64,000 bases of DNA from Bdellovibrionales bacterium (GTDB taxonomy: Bacteria > Bdellovibrionota > Bdellovibrionia > Bdellovibrionales > UBA1609), in contig JAWLHR010000006.1 of the NCBI GenBank assembly GCA_041690295.1, forward strand, positions 83,151 to 147,150, read 5' to 3'. Each line of letters starts with the position of its first letter. Positions within the stretch are counted from its first letter, which is position 1. Shown here piece after piece: positions 1 to 9,562 of this stretch. The position numbers and the translations under genes are program-made. Below the pieces are notes generated by a model, which did not search any database, was not told where the DNA came from, and was given only the letters and a program-made list of their open reading frames with translations.

Positions 1-3000
1 GTCCGAGGAAATCGTGGGCGTGGTTATGTCGGTTCCAATAATAATGTTGCCAGCGCCGTTTTCTAAATTGCTTCCAGCTCTGTAACCTATGAAAATATTC
101 TGGTCGGCACTTTGGACACTTTGTCCGGCTTGGGCTCCTATAATTACGTTTTGATTTTGTATGCTGGACATACTTCCAGCGCCTGCATTGGTTCCGATCG
201 CCACGTTTGAGTTTCCAGAAGTGTGCCAGTGGAGTGCCGAAGATCCGATCGCAGTGTTGTTTCCACCGGTCGAGTTCACGAGAACGTTCGCTCCAATCGC
301 GGTATTGTTCGCACTGTTCGTGTTGGAATTCAACGCGCTAAAGCCAATGGCCGTATTACCGCTACCCGTGATGGAATTCATTAGGGCACTAATGCCTAAC
401 GCGGTATTTGAGGATCCAGTCCCGGACGTTCCTGAGTTTGTTCCGATGTAAATCGATCCACTCCCAGGCGATCGCGCATCGATGAGTTCATCGACGCTCG
501 TTGCACCCGTGCTGCCGACCATATTGGTCCATGTACCGTTCTCAAAAACTTCGAACTTCGCCAATGAGATGTTGTAACGAATCATACCGTCGACGGGCGA
601 GGTTGGACGGTTGGCCGTCGAAGCCCGGGGGACGATCAGTGAGCTTGTGCTTTGTGTTTCGCCCCACAGGTCCAAAATCGCGCCGTTGGTTACGGTGTTC
701 GTACCAAGACCCAAGCGACCGGTGCTGTCGAGTTGAGGAATCTGATTTGCTCCGGTCCCCACATCAACATTAAGAGTTTTGGTCACCGTTCCGCCGTTGA
801 CTATCATTCCTGTGCCCGCGATCAAATCAACGATGCCAGCGTCCGTAGCGGGTTCCCATTGCGAACCGGTCCACTTCAACACCTGGTCGTTTTGTGCGCC
901 CGATTGCGTGATCGAAGACGGGGGGATTGAGATAGGAATGCTCGCCGCCGTGGTTAACCGACCTTGAGCATCGACCGTGAAATGCGCGACTTCCGAATTC
1001 GAACCATAGGTTCCCGCGATCACGCTGGTGTCGGTGAGGTCCAGCTGAACGGAGCCGGAAGGTCCACCACCGGTCAAACCCGTGCCGGCGACGACTTCGG
1101 TGATATCTCCGCCCGGTCCCGCATCATCATCGGCGCAGATCCACTTGGAGCCATCCCACTTCAAAGTCTGATTATTCGTACAGGCCGTGTTGTTCGGTTT
1201 ATACGTCAGATATTCGCCCGCCGCCGAACTGATTTGTCCGACGGTCAAGCCGGTCAATTGTGATCCATCCACAGCCGGCAACTTGGCGGTGCCATCCAAC
1301 CGAACGATCTTGTTCGCTGTCGTGCCGACGTCCACGGAAAGAGTTTTCGCGTTTCCGGAGCCGGCGATCAACAAGCCCGTGTTGGTGTCAACATCAACCG
1401 TGTGACCGGTCTCATCGGTGGCGGGAGTCCATTGGCTTCCGTCGTACTTTAACACGTAGCCTGAAGTCGGAGCCGTGGAGTCGATCATCACGCCTTGCAA
1501 ACTGACGGCATCGCTGCCACTGGCACCGGCGTCGATTCCGCACTGCCAGGCGGAACCATCCCATTTCAAAACCGCGTTGACGCCGCAAGCGGTGCCGCTG
1601 GGCGCGTACCGAAAGTATTTTCCAGCACCCGATGCGATATCTTCGACATCCAAACTTACCGCACCCGTTTTGCCGGCCACCGAAGTGACGGGCGCCGCGG
1701 GCAAGGGAGTCGGTTTCCATTCGCTGTCCACCGAATCCCACATCAAAACGTCGGAGGGATTTGGCGCGTTACCGCTCACGTCTCGTCCCTGAAGTTGTTC
1801 GGCATTCACGCTTGAGGTCGGAAGCAGGAAAGCCGGGATTTTTCCAGTGGCATCCAGTTCCGGCAGATTGCCCGCGCTCGTGCCGACGTCTCGAAAAGCC
1901 GCTGTTCCCAACGAGCCGCCCAGTACAGTGGAAAGATCCACGCAGATCCAACCTGTCGTGGGGCCTCCCCACTGGAGAATTTCATTCAAAGCGCAGGACT
2001 TAAATTTCAACGTCGCACCCGTGGTGCTATCGCTGATCACCAAGCGGCCGGCGCCGATACCCGCTTGGTCGACGGTGCGGGCGCTGATCGCATCGTCGGC
2101 GATTTTCGGCTCGGTGACCGATTCATCCAAAATTTTTGAACTGGTTACGGCGTCAGGCGCGATATTGATCGCCTTCACGGCATTGGACGCAATCGTGGGA
2201 TTGGGATAGGTGCCGGTCAAATCGCCGCCGGCGGAACCACTGGGTTCAAAACCGACGTAGGCCGAACCATTCCACAAACGAACCGTATTCAAATCCGTGT
2301 TATAAAAAATTGAACCGGCGTGGGTCATGCCCAATCCGCCCTCTTGCGCGGTTGTGAAACGACCCAAGGTCAAAACCCGTTGATTGTCCATGGTGATATG
2401 ACCGGTGGTTTCGATGTTGTTCCCGTTCATAACGATGGCGCCGGCCATTGTTCCGCCGGCCAATGGCAGTTTGGTGTTATCGACGGCTGATGGAGTGCCG
2501 GTGGTCCACTTGTTATTGGCCGCATCCCAGATGATTGTGTGTCCGTCGTTGGTGCCCGCACCGACGCCTGAAAGGTCAGCGGTTTTATCGCCGATGTGAG
2601 AATCCACCCATCCGCGGTTCACGGCGTCGGTGGCCGATGTCGGCGATCCCACATTGGAGATCACCTGACCGTTGAACGAATAAGATGAGCTGAAACTATT
2701 AGTGAGCAGCTGTTGTAGTTTGGCGTAATTCGTGGCGGAGAAAATATTTTCCAGATTGCTCTGGCTGAGATCGGTGGCGGCATCGTCTTTGACCTGAAGG
2801 AACTGGCTCGGCAGTTTGCCTTGCAAGGTTTCAGCGACCAATGAACTCGGAACGGAAGTGATCAACGTGTTGGGAGAAAGGGGTGTCGTGAAGGATCCGG
2901 CGGAGTCGAGTTTCACCCAAATCCGGACTTCGCGATTGCTGCCGGCCGCGGGCGCGGCGGAACAATCTCCGGCGGTGTCGGCCACGCCATCCCCGTTACT

Positions 3001-3381
3001 GTCACCTGTGGGCGCGCCTTCGAAAGCCGTCATCAGGTTTCCGAACTCCGTGGTACCGCCGCCGAGCTTTAACGAAAAACGTCCTTGCAGGTCAGGATCG
3101 GTGGAACGCAAGTCGATGGCGTCATGAAATTCACGATAGAAAACGCAAGTCTTACCCTGTTCCACGATTTCAAGGCGGATGTCGACGATGTCATCGTAAG
3201 GAACCGGGGGTGTTGTGCTGTTATCGTAAAGGCGACCCTCAATGGTGAAATTCTTCGGCAGCAATTGGGCATGGGCCGTGAGGCTCAATGTGAACAAAAG
3301 AGAGACGCATGTAACGTGTCCAAGAGCACGCACGTACCGAACAACAGCAGCCTGAGTTAAACACAACAATCTACGTCCCAC
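1..3381 (-). CDS. Large secreted trimeric fibre/adhesin (phage-tail-fibre-like, Bdellovibrio mosaic adhesin type); 3' end runs off the window
   Basis: Missed by the ORF track because there is no stop in the window. Read by hand from GTG 3381: MGRRLLCL...SLTAHA|QLLPKNFTIEGRLYD. Contains repeated 'VLKWDGSxW' modules, 'GGDLTGTYPNPTI', 'DGMIRYN', and Gly/Asn repeats 'NTAIGxxAL' near the window edge. Confidence 0.85.
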   Translation of the reverse strand, partial: MGRRLLCLTQAAVVRYVRALGHVTCVSLLFTLSLTAHAQLLPKNFTIEGRLYDNSTTPPVPYDDIVDIRLEIVEQGKTCVFYREFHDAIDLRSTDPDLQGRFSLKLGGGTTEFGNLMTAFEGAPTGDSNGDGVADTAGDCSAAPAAGSNREVRIWVKLDSAGSFTTPLSPNTLITSVPSSLVAETLQGKLPSQFLQVKDDAATDLSQSNLENIFSATNYAKLQQLLTNSFSSSYSFNGQVISNVGSPTSATDAVNRGWVDSHIGDKTADLSGVGAGTNDGHTIIWDAANNKWTTGTPSAVDNTKLPLAGGTMAGAIVMNGNNIETTGHITMDNQRVLTLGRFTTAQEGGLGMTHAGSIFYNTDLNTVRLWNGSAYVGFEPSGSAGGDLTGTYPNPTIASNAVKAINIAPDAVTSSKILDESVTEPKIADDAISARTVDQAGIGAGRLVISDSTTGATLKFKSCALNEILQWGGPTTGWICVDLSTVLGGSLGTAAFRDVGTSAGNLPELDATGKIPAFLLPTSSVNAEQLQGRDVSGNAPNPSDVLMWDSVDSEWKPTPLPAAPVTSVAGKTGAVSLDVEDIASGAGKYFRYAPSGTACGVNAVLKWDGSAWQCGIDAGASGSDAVSLQGVMIDSTAPTSGYVLKYDGSQWTPATDETGHTVDVDTNTGLLIAGSGNAKTLSVDVGTTANKIVRLDGTAKLPAVDGSQLTGLTVGQISSAAGEYLTYKPNNTACTNNQTLKWDGSKWICADDDAGPGGDITEVVAGTGLTGGGPSGSVQLDLTDTSVIAGTYGSNSEVAHFTVDAQGRLTTAASIPISIPPSSITQSGAQNDQVLKWTGSQWEPATDAGIVDLIAGTGMIVNGGTVTKTLNVDVGTGANQIPQLDSTGRLGLGTNTVTNGAILDLWGETQSTSSLIVPRASTANRPTSPVDGMIRYNISLAKFEVFENGTWTNMVGSTGATSVDELIDARSPGSGSIYIGTNSGTSGTGSSNTALGISALMNSITGSGNTAIGFSALNSNTNSANNTAIGANVLVNSTGGNNTAIGSSALHWHTSGNSNVAIGTNAGAGSMSSIQNQNVIIGAQAGQSVQSADQNIFIGYRAGSNLENGAGNIIIGTDITTPTISSD

Positions 3382-3390
3382 TGCACATAT

Positions 3391-3417
3391 TTATCGGAAA
3401 TGAGTCACTTCGACTGA
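3391..3417 (-). promoter_or_regulatory. sigma28 (FliA)-like promoter for the fibre gene
   Basis: Minus strand TCAG-N15-TCCGATAA immediately upstream of the GTG start. Confidence 0.55.
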
Positions 3418-3464
3418 AGTCCATGTCGTCTTTTGATGCATTTTCTCTTTTTGATACAGGACTT

Positions 3465-3491
3465 ACAGTTATGGTCCGAACTGGCCGAAGA
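3465..3491 (+). promoter_or_regulatory. sigma28-like promoter
   Basis: ACAG-N15-GCCGAAGA, 10 bp before ATG 3502. Confidence 0.4.
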
Positions 3492-3501
3492 TACAGGTGT
3501 A

Positions 3502-4128
3502 ATGAAATCCTTCCGCGTTTTTCTCATTTTAGGAATACTGTTGTCGGGTGTGGCCTGTACCAAAGCCACACCGGAATTCGATTTGTTGGATGAGAACGCG
3601 ATCCCTCAACCGAAATTTTCCGGCTCCACGGTGAAGTCTATTACGACTTCCAGTTCAGGGGTTACCTTTTTAATCTCGGGTGAATGTGATCCGAAAATCC
3701 GATCCATTTCAGCCATGGCCGTGGGCCAAAGCTCATCGTTCAGTGATCTTGGATCTCTGATTTCGGGCACAGCCGCGGTCGAATGCTCTTCCAAAGGGAC
3801 CTTCAGCTTCCAACTGAAAAGTCTCAGCGATATCTTCGCCAATGTGAAGATGGGTGAGACTTATGAAATTCAGTTGCGCGGAGTCACCAGCGCGGGTTCC
3901 AGTAAGCCCAGCTACATTCGAATCAGTTATCAGAGCCCGACAGGCAACCCATACGTTACCATTGCCGCGGGCGGTATTCATGGCGGTGCGGAAGTCGCCA
4001 ACAAAGCCTCTGGCGCGGGATTTAAGGCGGACATTTTTGTCCGCCACATGGGTAAGACGTTTCCCGGAGCCGCGCAAAATCCGTCGAACGCGGAATTCTC
4101 CGCGCGCATCGGCGTGACCTCCCGTTAA
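3502..4128 (+). CDS. Hypothetical lipoprotein
   Basis: MKSFRVFLILGILLSGVAC lipobox; start re-assigned to ATG 3502 behind AGGTG. Confidence 0.75.
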   Translation: MKSFRVFLILGILLSGVACTKATPEFDLLDENAIPQPKFSGSTVKSITTSSSGVTFLISGECDPKIRSISAMAVGQSSSFSDLGSLISGTAAVECSSKGTFSFQLKSLSDIFANVKMGETYEIQLRGVTSAGSSKPSYIRISYQSPTGNPYVTIAAGGIHGGAEVANKASGAGFKADIFVRHMGKTFPGAAQNPSNAEFSARIGVTSR

Positions 4129-6860
4129 AAGCTGGTTTGAAGAGTGAGCCGAACCAGGCTTTCTTTTTCTTTTTTGGGATCGCGTGTGTTGTACGCGTTC
4201 AGGTATCTGATCACCGCTGGCATCTTGTGAAAAAGAAGAAGTTGCAGATCGGCGCCATAACCCCACTCGAAAATGTTGGGCGGATGGCGATCACTCTCAT
4301 CGAGGAAAGTGGCCTGCGCGACGATGACGGGAGCGATGCGATCAATGCCGACCGGAAAACGCGCGGAGTAAGCGTGAGCGGGCACCACCTTATGCGCCTC
4401 CAAGCGTACGGCGCTCGCGGTTTTAACCAAATACTCCCGATGCCCCGTGAGAAGGGGAACGGTGATGTCGCGAGCGCTGGGCGTGACCAAGGCTTCGAGA
4501 TGAATGTCCCTTGTTTCGGCCCAGGCCACCTGACCCGTTGTCGTCAGATAAAATTCCCTGGGGAATCCATGCTGGTAAAAAAGTTGAGCGCTTGAGGTGT
4601 TATGCTTCTTGGTCCACTCGTTGATTTTCGATTGTAAGCGATTGGTGAAACCAAAGCTGAATTTTCGCCAGGCAAAAAGCCCAAGGGGCGGATTGATCTG
4701 GTGTTGAATGAAAAACTGCGTTCGCGCGCCGTAAGTTTCTTCGGTGTTCCAGGTGGTTTGCGAGGGGGCCGAGGGGTCATCGTGGGTGTCTCGTTTTTCA
4801 TAAATCGCGGCCACCCCAAGACCCGCGTCCCAAGTTCGCCATCGGAGCAGCGGCACGGTGAAGCCAAAGGCGGCCGATTGATCGTAGGCCCTTCGTTCAA
4901 CGTGGTTTCTCTGGCGCCAGAAATCCTCGTGATACAAATAGGACGCCTGCCACTTCACGAGATACTTCGTGAATTCGTAATAGACGCTGGCCGATTGATC
5001 GCGGAACTGAGTTCCGCCATACCCGAGACTGATTCGTTGATATTCCAGCGGATCATAAAAGTGCGACAACAAAGACACGGCCATGCCCGAATACGACGAA
5101 TATCCGGTTGAAAAGTCCATGGCGCTGAATCGAAGTTCACGAAAGGAGTTGTATTCGCGGTCCTCGTTTTCGACTTGCTCCTGCGGCACGGTTTCTTCCG
5201 GCGCGATCGTTTCCGTCGTAAAACCGTAATTGTAGACCGCGGGTCGGGCGGACAGCACTTCCGACTCGGCCACGAAGACGCGATTCGTGGCCGCGCCCAC
5301 TTCGACAATCAAAAATTCACGTTCGTTGATTTGCCGGGCATTCATCACCCGATCCGACGGCAGAACCCGGAAAATCTCATAATTGTTGTAGCGATAGAGG
5401 GAAGCTCCAGCTTCGGTGTTGGCGACAAAATAAATGGTCCCGTCGGGCGTGACCTCCATGGGCTTGGCGTAATAGCCTTCGAATTTGAACACCGGTTCAC
5501 GATTCTTGTACAGCACACGCTCCGTACCGTTCTGGCGAAAGTAATAAACATTTCCGTGATCATCGAGGATCACCGAGGAGTGGGCGACGTCATACGGTTC
5601 ACCATCGAGAAGAACCCGGGTTTCCAGCCAGGAGTTGGTGGCGGCAAGCGCCGTGGTCTTGCCGGCTCGCCGGTCGGTGAGAATCTGACCCCGAAACCGG
5701 GGGTCGAAACGAAAATTCTCACCGTATAATGAATATTCTATGTTTCGTAGATTGTGCTTTACCGAGGCCACCGCAAGCGGAACATCACCCTCAAAGAAAA
5801 CCTTGCCCATGGGCAAATTGGTCTGTGTTTCCGAAAGGTGGCCGCTTTGCTTGTCGTAAACATAAAGGATGGGCGGCTCCACACCATCGCTCGCCAAAAA
5901 CCAAATGCGGTTTTGGTCATGATTCAGTGGCGAGACCATCTTGGCCGTCAGCAATAATCGTCCTTCGGTGCTCTTTTGCGTCTGGGCCAGCGGTTCCCAC
6001 GAGCGCACGTATTCGCGAATTTCCTGCGGGTAACTTTCACCAAAATGATCGCGGAATGTGCGGTTCAAAATCAAAGGCCAGAGGTAATGTTCGCCTTGTT
6101 TAACGAAAAAACCATTGGTCTTTTCGATCCCATATTTCTCCGCCAGATGGGCTTGAAAATAGCCGCCCTGCAGGTACGCCACGGATCCATAGGGAAAGCG
6201 GAATTGATCGTTGATCAATCGCGCGGGATCGATTTGGTTTTCTTTGATTTGCGCCAAAACGAGGGCGCGCGCTCCACCGCTGTGTAAACGACCGCCCAGG
6301 TTGATGCGGGACTCATTCAAAACCGCGTTTCCTTCGATCAAAAACGACGGGGTGAAAACATTCGGATGAATAAAAATGGGCCATATAAAGAAAACGGCCA
6401 TGGGCGTGTTGCCGAACACCCGGCTCAATGCGGTCGGAAACGGAGATTTGGCATTGATCTGATAAAGGTGCGCGGTCTCATGCGCGTCCAAAGTGAGTAG
6501 CCAGCTCGAAGACGCCGACTCTTCCAAAAACGGAGCGCCCGCGGGAAACCACACGGATTTCAAATTGGGTAATATCGTGGCGTAAGCATTGGTGATTTGA
6601 TGGCGGCTGGACGCGAGGATCAAGTCTTGGCGTTCATCGAGCTTCCATCCATAGCTCCGATCGTACATGCGCCGGAAAACACGATGATACGTGGCCAGCT
6701 GAGCAACCGCCTCGCGGCCTTCCTTATCGAAGATGTACATCGTATGACCGTGGTGCCAACGGTAGTAGGGACCATCATTCGGCAGCAAAACGCTACCTAT
6801 CGCGATGGTTGAATGAAGGAGACCGAAAACAATGAGAATACGTGTGCACACACGCGCCAT
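4125..6860 (-). CDS. Large outer-membrane protein: N-terminal HExxH zincin-like domain, probable propeller region, C-terminal beta-barrel
   Basis: Signal peptide from ATG 6860; HETAH plus downstream 'LIEGNAV'; alternating aromatic strands; terminal Phe. Confidence 0.7.
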   Translation of the reverse strand: MARVCTRILIVFGLLHSTIAIGSVLLPNDGPYYRWHHGHTMYIFDKEGREAVAQLATYHRVFRRMYDRSYGWKLDERQDLILASSRHQITNAYATILPNLKSVWFPAGAPFLEESASSSWLLTLDAHETAHLYQINAKSPFPTALSRVFGNTPMAVFFIWPIFIHPNVFTPSFLIEGNAVLNESRINLGGRLHSGGARALVLAQIKENQIDPARLINDQFRFPYGSVAYLQGGYFQAHLAEKYGIEKTNGFFVKQGEHYLWPLILNRTFRDHFGESYPQEIREYVRSWEPLAQTQKSTEGRLLLTAKMVSPLNHDQNRIWFLASDGVEPPILYVYDKQSGHLSETQTNLPMGKVFFEGDVPLAVASVKHNLRNIEYSLYGENFRFDPRFRGQILTDRRAGKTTALAATNSWLETRVLLDGEPYDVAHSSVILDDHGNVYYFRQNGTERVLYKNREPVFKFEGYYAKPMEVTPDGTIYFVANTEAGASLYRYNNYEIFRVLPSDRVMNARQINEREFLIVEVGAATNRVFVAESEVLSARPAVYNYGFTTETIAPEETVPQEQVENEDREYNSFRELRFSAMDFSTGYSSYSGMAVSLLSHFYDPLEYQRISLGYGGTQFRDQSASVYYEFTKYLVKWQASYLYHEDFWRQRNHVERRAYDQSAAFGFTVPLLRWRTWDAGLGVAAIYEKRDTHDDPSAPSQTTWNTEETYGARTQFFIQHQINPPLGLFAWRKFSFGFTNRLQSKINEWTKKHNTSSAQLFYQHGFPREFYLTTTGQVAWAETRDIHLEALVTPSARDITVPLLTGHREYLVKTASAVRLEAHKVVPAHAYSARFPVGIDRIAPVIVAQATFLDESDRHPPNIFEWGYGADLQLLLFHKMPAVIRYLNAYNTRDPKKEKESLVRLTLQTSF

Positions 6861-7183
6861 TCGGACATTTGTGATGGATGGCCTTTCGCTTGTCCATTGA
6901 TGATTGTCAGAGCCCGAGTGAGCGCTTACTTTAAGGGCAAATTGCGGGGCCATTCCCCTGTGAGCGAACCGCGCGCGTGGCTCGCCGGTGAGAGTTTTTC
7001 AAGAACGTATGGAATAATTTACTCTATAATGCAATGTGTCTCGTTCTGTGGTATGGGGAATGGAAAATCACATTGATTGGCCGTGCATTGAAGAATTGCG
7101 CCGTTTGAAGTATATACATGAGATATATTCATCCATCAGCGTCGCAGCTCGCGCGGCAAGCTCGCAACAGGTACGGAGGTTTC

Positions 7184-7627
7184 ATGCTTAACAATCTCGA
7201 TCTCATTCGGAAACCGGCTCAAGAGGTCAAACCCGTTATGCAAAACGCTGAGGTGGACGACGATCTTGCAACGCTCGATTCGATCGATAACATCCTGGAT
7301 TTGGAAGAGGATCAGTATCCGCGCTTCACCCTGGCCAAGAACAAGGCCCGTTTCTTACGCATGTTGAGCTGGTACAAAAACAAGGAAGAATGGTTGGACG
7401 TGGCGCCTTTGAGCGGCGTTAACAAACTCTTCAAGCAGCAAACGAAAGAGTTGGAAGGTATCCGCTCCAGCAAATTGGATTACGAAATGGAACTTGAAAC
7501 CGGCACGCTCACTCCGTCCCAGCGCTCCTATCGCCGGGATGAGCTGAAAATGTGCAAGGTTCAGGAAAAAATGGCGGTTCACCTGATCGCTAAAATGCAG
7601 GTGAAGATCAAATCCGGCCGCCGCTAA
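7184..7627 (+). CDS. Hypothetical cytoplasmic protein
   Basis: GGAGG RBS before ATG 7184; coherent charged helical sequence. Confidence 0.75.
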   Translation: MLNNLDLIRKPAQEVKPVMQNAEVDDDLATLDSIDNILDLEEDQYPRFTLAKNKARFLRMLSWYKNKEEWLDVAPLSGVNKLFKQQTKELEGIRSSKLDYEMELETGTLTPSQRSYRRDELKMCKVQEKMAVHLIAKMQVKIKSGRR

Positions 7628-7821
7628 GCCTGAGGCGGCCGGATTTCCGAGTCTCATTATAAAACACTAGTAAATCCGATAAGTTAAGGACCATGAGCCA
7701 AACTGGGCAAAATTTTCCTAATTTTCTCAGTTTAAGTCGCCGATATGTCACTAGTGAGGCAGTTGGCTGGCCAAGCGAGAGACGGTCAACGCCTTAAATA
7801 GAACCAAATCGGAGGTTTTCA

Positions 7822-8253
7822 ATGGCACGTACTATGGTGGTCCTGGTCGGAGACGATCGCGATCAATGCGAGAAGCTCAAGACCATGAGCCAGGGAATGG
7901 GATGCAATGTCCATGTGTTCGCTCCGTCGGAGTGGGCGAAGGCACTGCATGATCCATCGACTCGGCAAAGATTGATGGGCGAGGTTCCGGCTTTGAGTGC
8001 GGGAATGAACCCGTTGGCGGAAGGCGCGAAGATTCTACAGTTTCCGCAGCCGTCCATGGGGGGCGATGAAGGAAGCAAGGTTCGCACTATAAATGAACTT
8101 GAAAGTATGGCCATTGAGAATGCGATTCATGAGTTCGGCGGCAATTTGACCGAAGCGGCTAAAGCTTTGGGAATCGGTCGCGCCACTCTTTATCGCAAAG
8201 TGAAGCAATATAATATTGACCCGTCGAGCGCGCGTAAAAAACGTGCCGCTTAA
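7822..8253 (+). CDS. Fis-type HTH_8 DNA-binding protein with degenerate N-terminal domain
   Basis: C-terminal 'AIENAIHEFGGNLTEAAKALGIGRATLYRKVKQY'; GGAGG RBS; no AAA+ domain. Confidence 0.85.
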   Translation: MARTMVVLVGDDRDQCEKLKTMSQGMGCNVHVFAPSEWAKALHDPSTRQRLMGEVPALSAGMNPLAEGAKILQFPQPSMGGDEGSKVRTINELESMAIENAIHEFGGNLTEAAKALGIGRATLYRKVKQYNIDPSSARKKRAA

Positions 8254-8299
8254 TACGAGAACACTTCCACAAGGATGGACGGCGGCCTAATATAGACGA

Positions 8300-9511
8300 A
8301 TGGGCCGCCTGTCTACGTTAATCTTGTTTATTGCCAGCGTCGCCGCTGGCATTTTTATTAATCAATCCGGGCGAAACAGCGAAATCTTCCATGCCATCTG
8401 CGCGCTCACCGAGCGCAACTTCTATAAAGACAGCGACGAACTGGAAAATTGGGCTCGCGAATGCCGTGGTCGCGCGCAAGAGGTTTCGAACTCGTTGACT
8501 GTTCCGCAGTTGATCGAGCGCATTCAATCCCACATGAACCGGTTGGGAGTGTCGCATTTTCAAATCTACAGTCCGGCCGAAGATAAAAAACTCTGGCAGG
8601 GCAAAGCCATCGACACGGGAATCCGCGCCCGATACGTGGAAGATTATTTGATCGTTTATCGTGTGTTGCCCGAAAGCGGTGGCGAAAAGGCCGGTATCGA
8701 GCCGGGCGATGAAATTCTGGCCATCGCCGGCGCGTCTCAAGTCACCCCCTGGGGCGCGCAAAACCGCTCCGGAGAATTCACCATCAAGCGGGCGAATAAA
8801 ATTATTCGCACCAATGTGGAAGCCATTGAACTGGAAATCACCGACGGACCGGAACTCTACACTTTGGATCCTCACACCGCCGTTTTGGAAATTCCGAGCT
8901 TTCGTTCCGAATTTTTTGATCCGGACGCGTGGCGGGATTTGACCGCGCGTTTGAATCGTTTTTCCCATATCATTATTGATTTGCGCGAGAACGCGGGTGG
9001 AAATTTCGTGGCCATGCTTCGCGGTTTATCGCCGTTCACCTGCGGCCCCAAATCCATCGGCCAATTGGTGCAGCCGCGCCGCCAAGGCGAGGACAAGCCG
9101 GGGTTCGATGACAACACGGATGACGCCTACCAGATTGAAGAATTGGGCCGCTATCGCAGCATTGGTCTTGTCACATTCGACGGCTACGGTTGTTACACCG
9201 GGCGGGTGACGGTGCTGGTGGGGCCTGACACAACTTCGGTGGCGGAAATCTTCGCGCACAGCTTTTACTATCGGCCGAAGTCACGCATCTTCGGGCAACC
9301 CACCGCCGGCAATGTGGTTTTGGCGGTTTGGTATGATCTTCCCGCATTGGGCGAAGGTTATAGTATTTCAATTCCCGAGGCGGTTTATCTCACTCCGGAA
9401 AATGAGGAGTTGGAAAATCGGGGAGTCGCACCTCAAAAAGAAATTTATTACGAGCTTGGTGACGCCCGGGCCGGTCAAGACACATTCCTGAAACGTGCGC
9501 GCGAAATGTAG
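8300..9511 (+). CDS. S41 family carboxyl-terminal peptidase with PDZ domain
   Basis: 'AGIEPGDEILAI' (PDZ), 'IIDLRENAGG', 'TTSVAEIFA', 'GQPTAG', 'RGVAP'. Confidence 0.9.
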   Translation: MGRLSTLILFIASVAAGIFINQSGRNSEIFHAICALTERNFYKDSDELENWARECRGRAQEVSNSLTVPQLIERIQSHMNRLGVSHFQIYSPAEDKKLWQGKAIDTGIRARYVEDYLIVYRVLPESGGEKAGIEPGDEILAIAGASQVTPWGAQNRSGEFTIKRANKIIRTNVEAIELEITDGPELYTLDPHTAVLEIPSFRSEFFDPDAWRDLTARLNRFSHIIIDLRENAGGNFVAMLRGLSPFTCGPKSIGQLVQPRRQGEDKPGFDDNTDDAYQIEELGRYRSIGLVTFDGYGCYTGRVTVLVGPDTTSVAEIFAHSFYYRPKSRIFGQPTAGNVVLAVWYDLPALGEGYSISIPEAVYLTPENEELENRGVAPQKEIYYELGDARAGQDTFLKRAREM

Positions 9512-9562
9512 GCCGTTCCTTTTCAGGATGCCGTGCATCCTGAAAAGGAACGGCCTACATTT
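9504..9562. repeat. Perfect palindrome (28-bp arms), GTAG-type REP/REPIN-like; probably also acts as a bidirectional terminator
   Basis: AAATGTAGGCCGTTCCTTTTCAGGATGC-cgt-GCATCCTGAAAAGGAACGGCCTACATTT between convergent genes. Confidence 0.85.

Noticed and set aside
161..3360. Numerous plus-strand ORFs
   Set aside because: Antisense shadows of the long minus-strand fibre gene.
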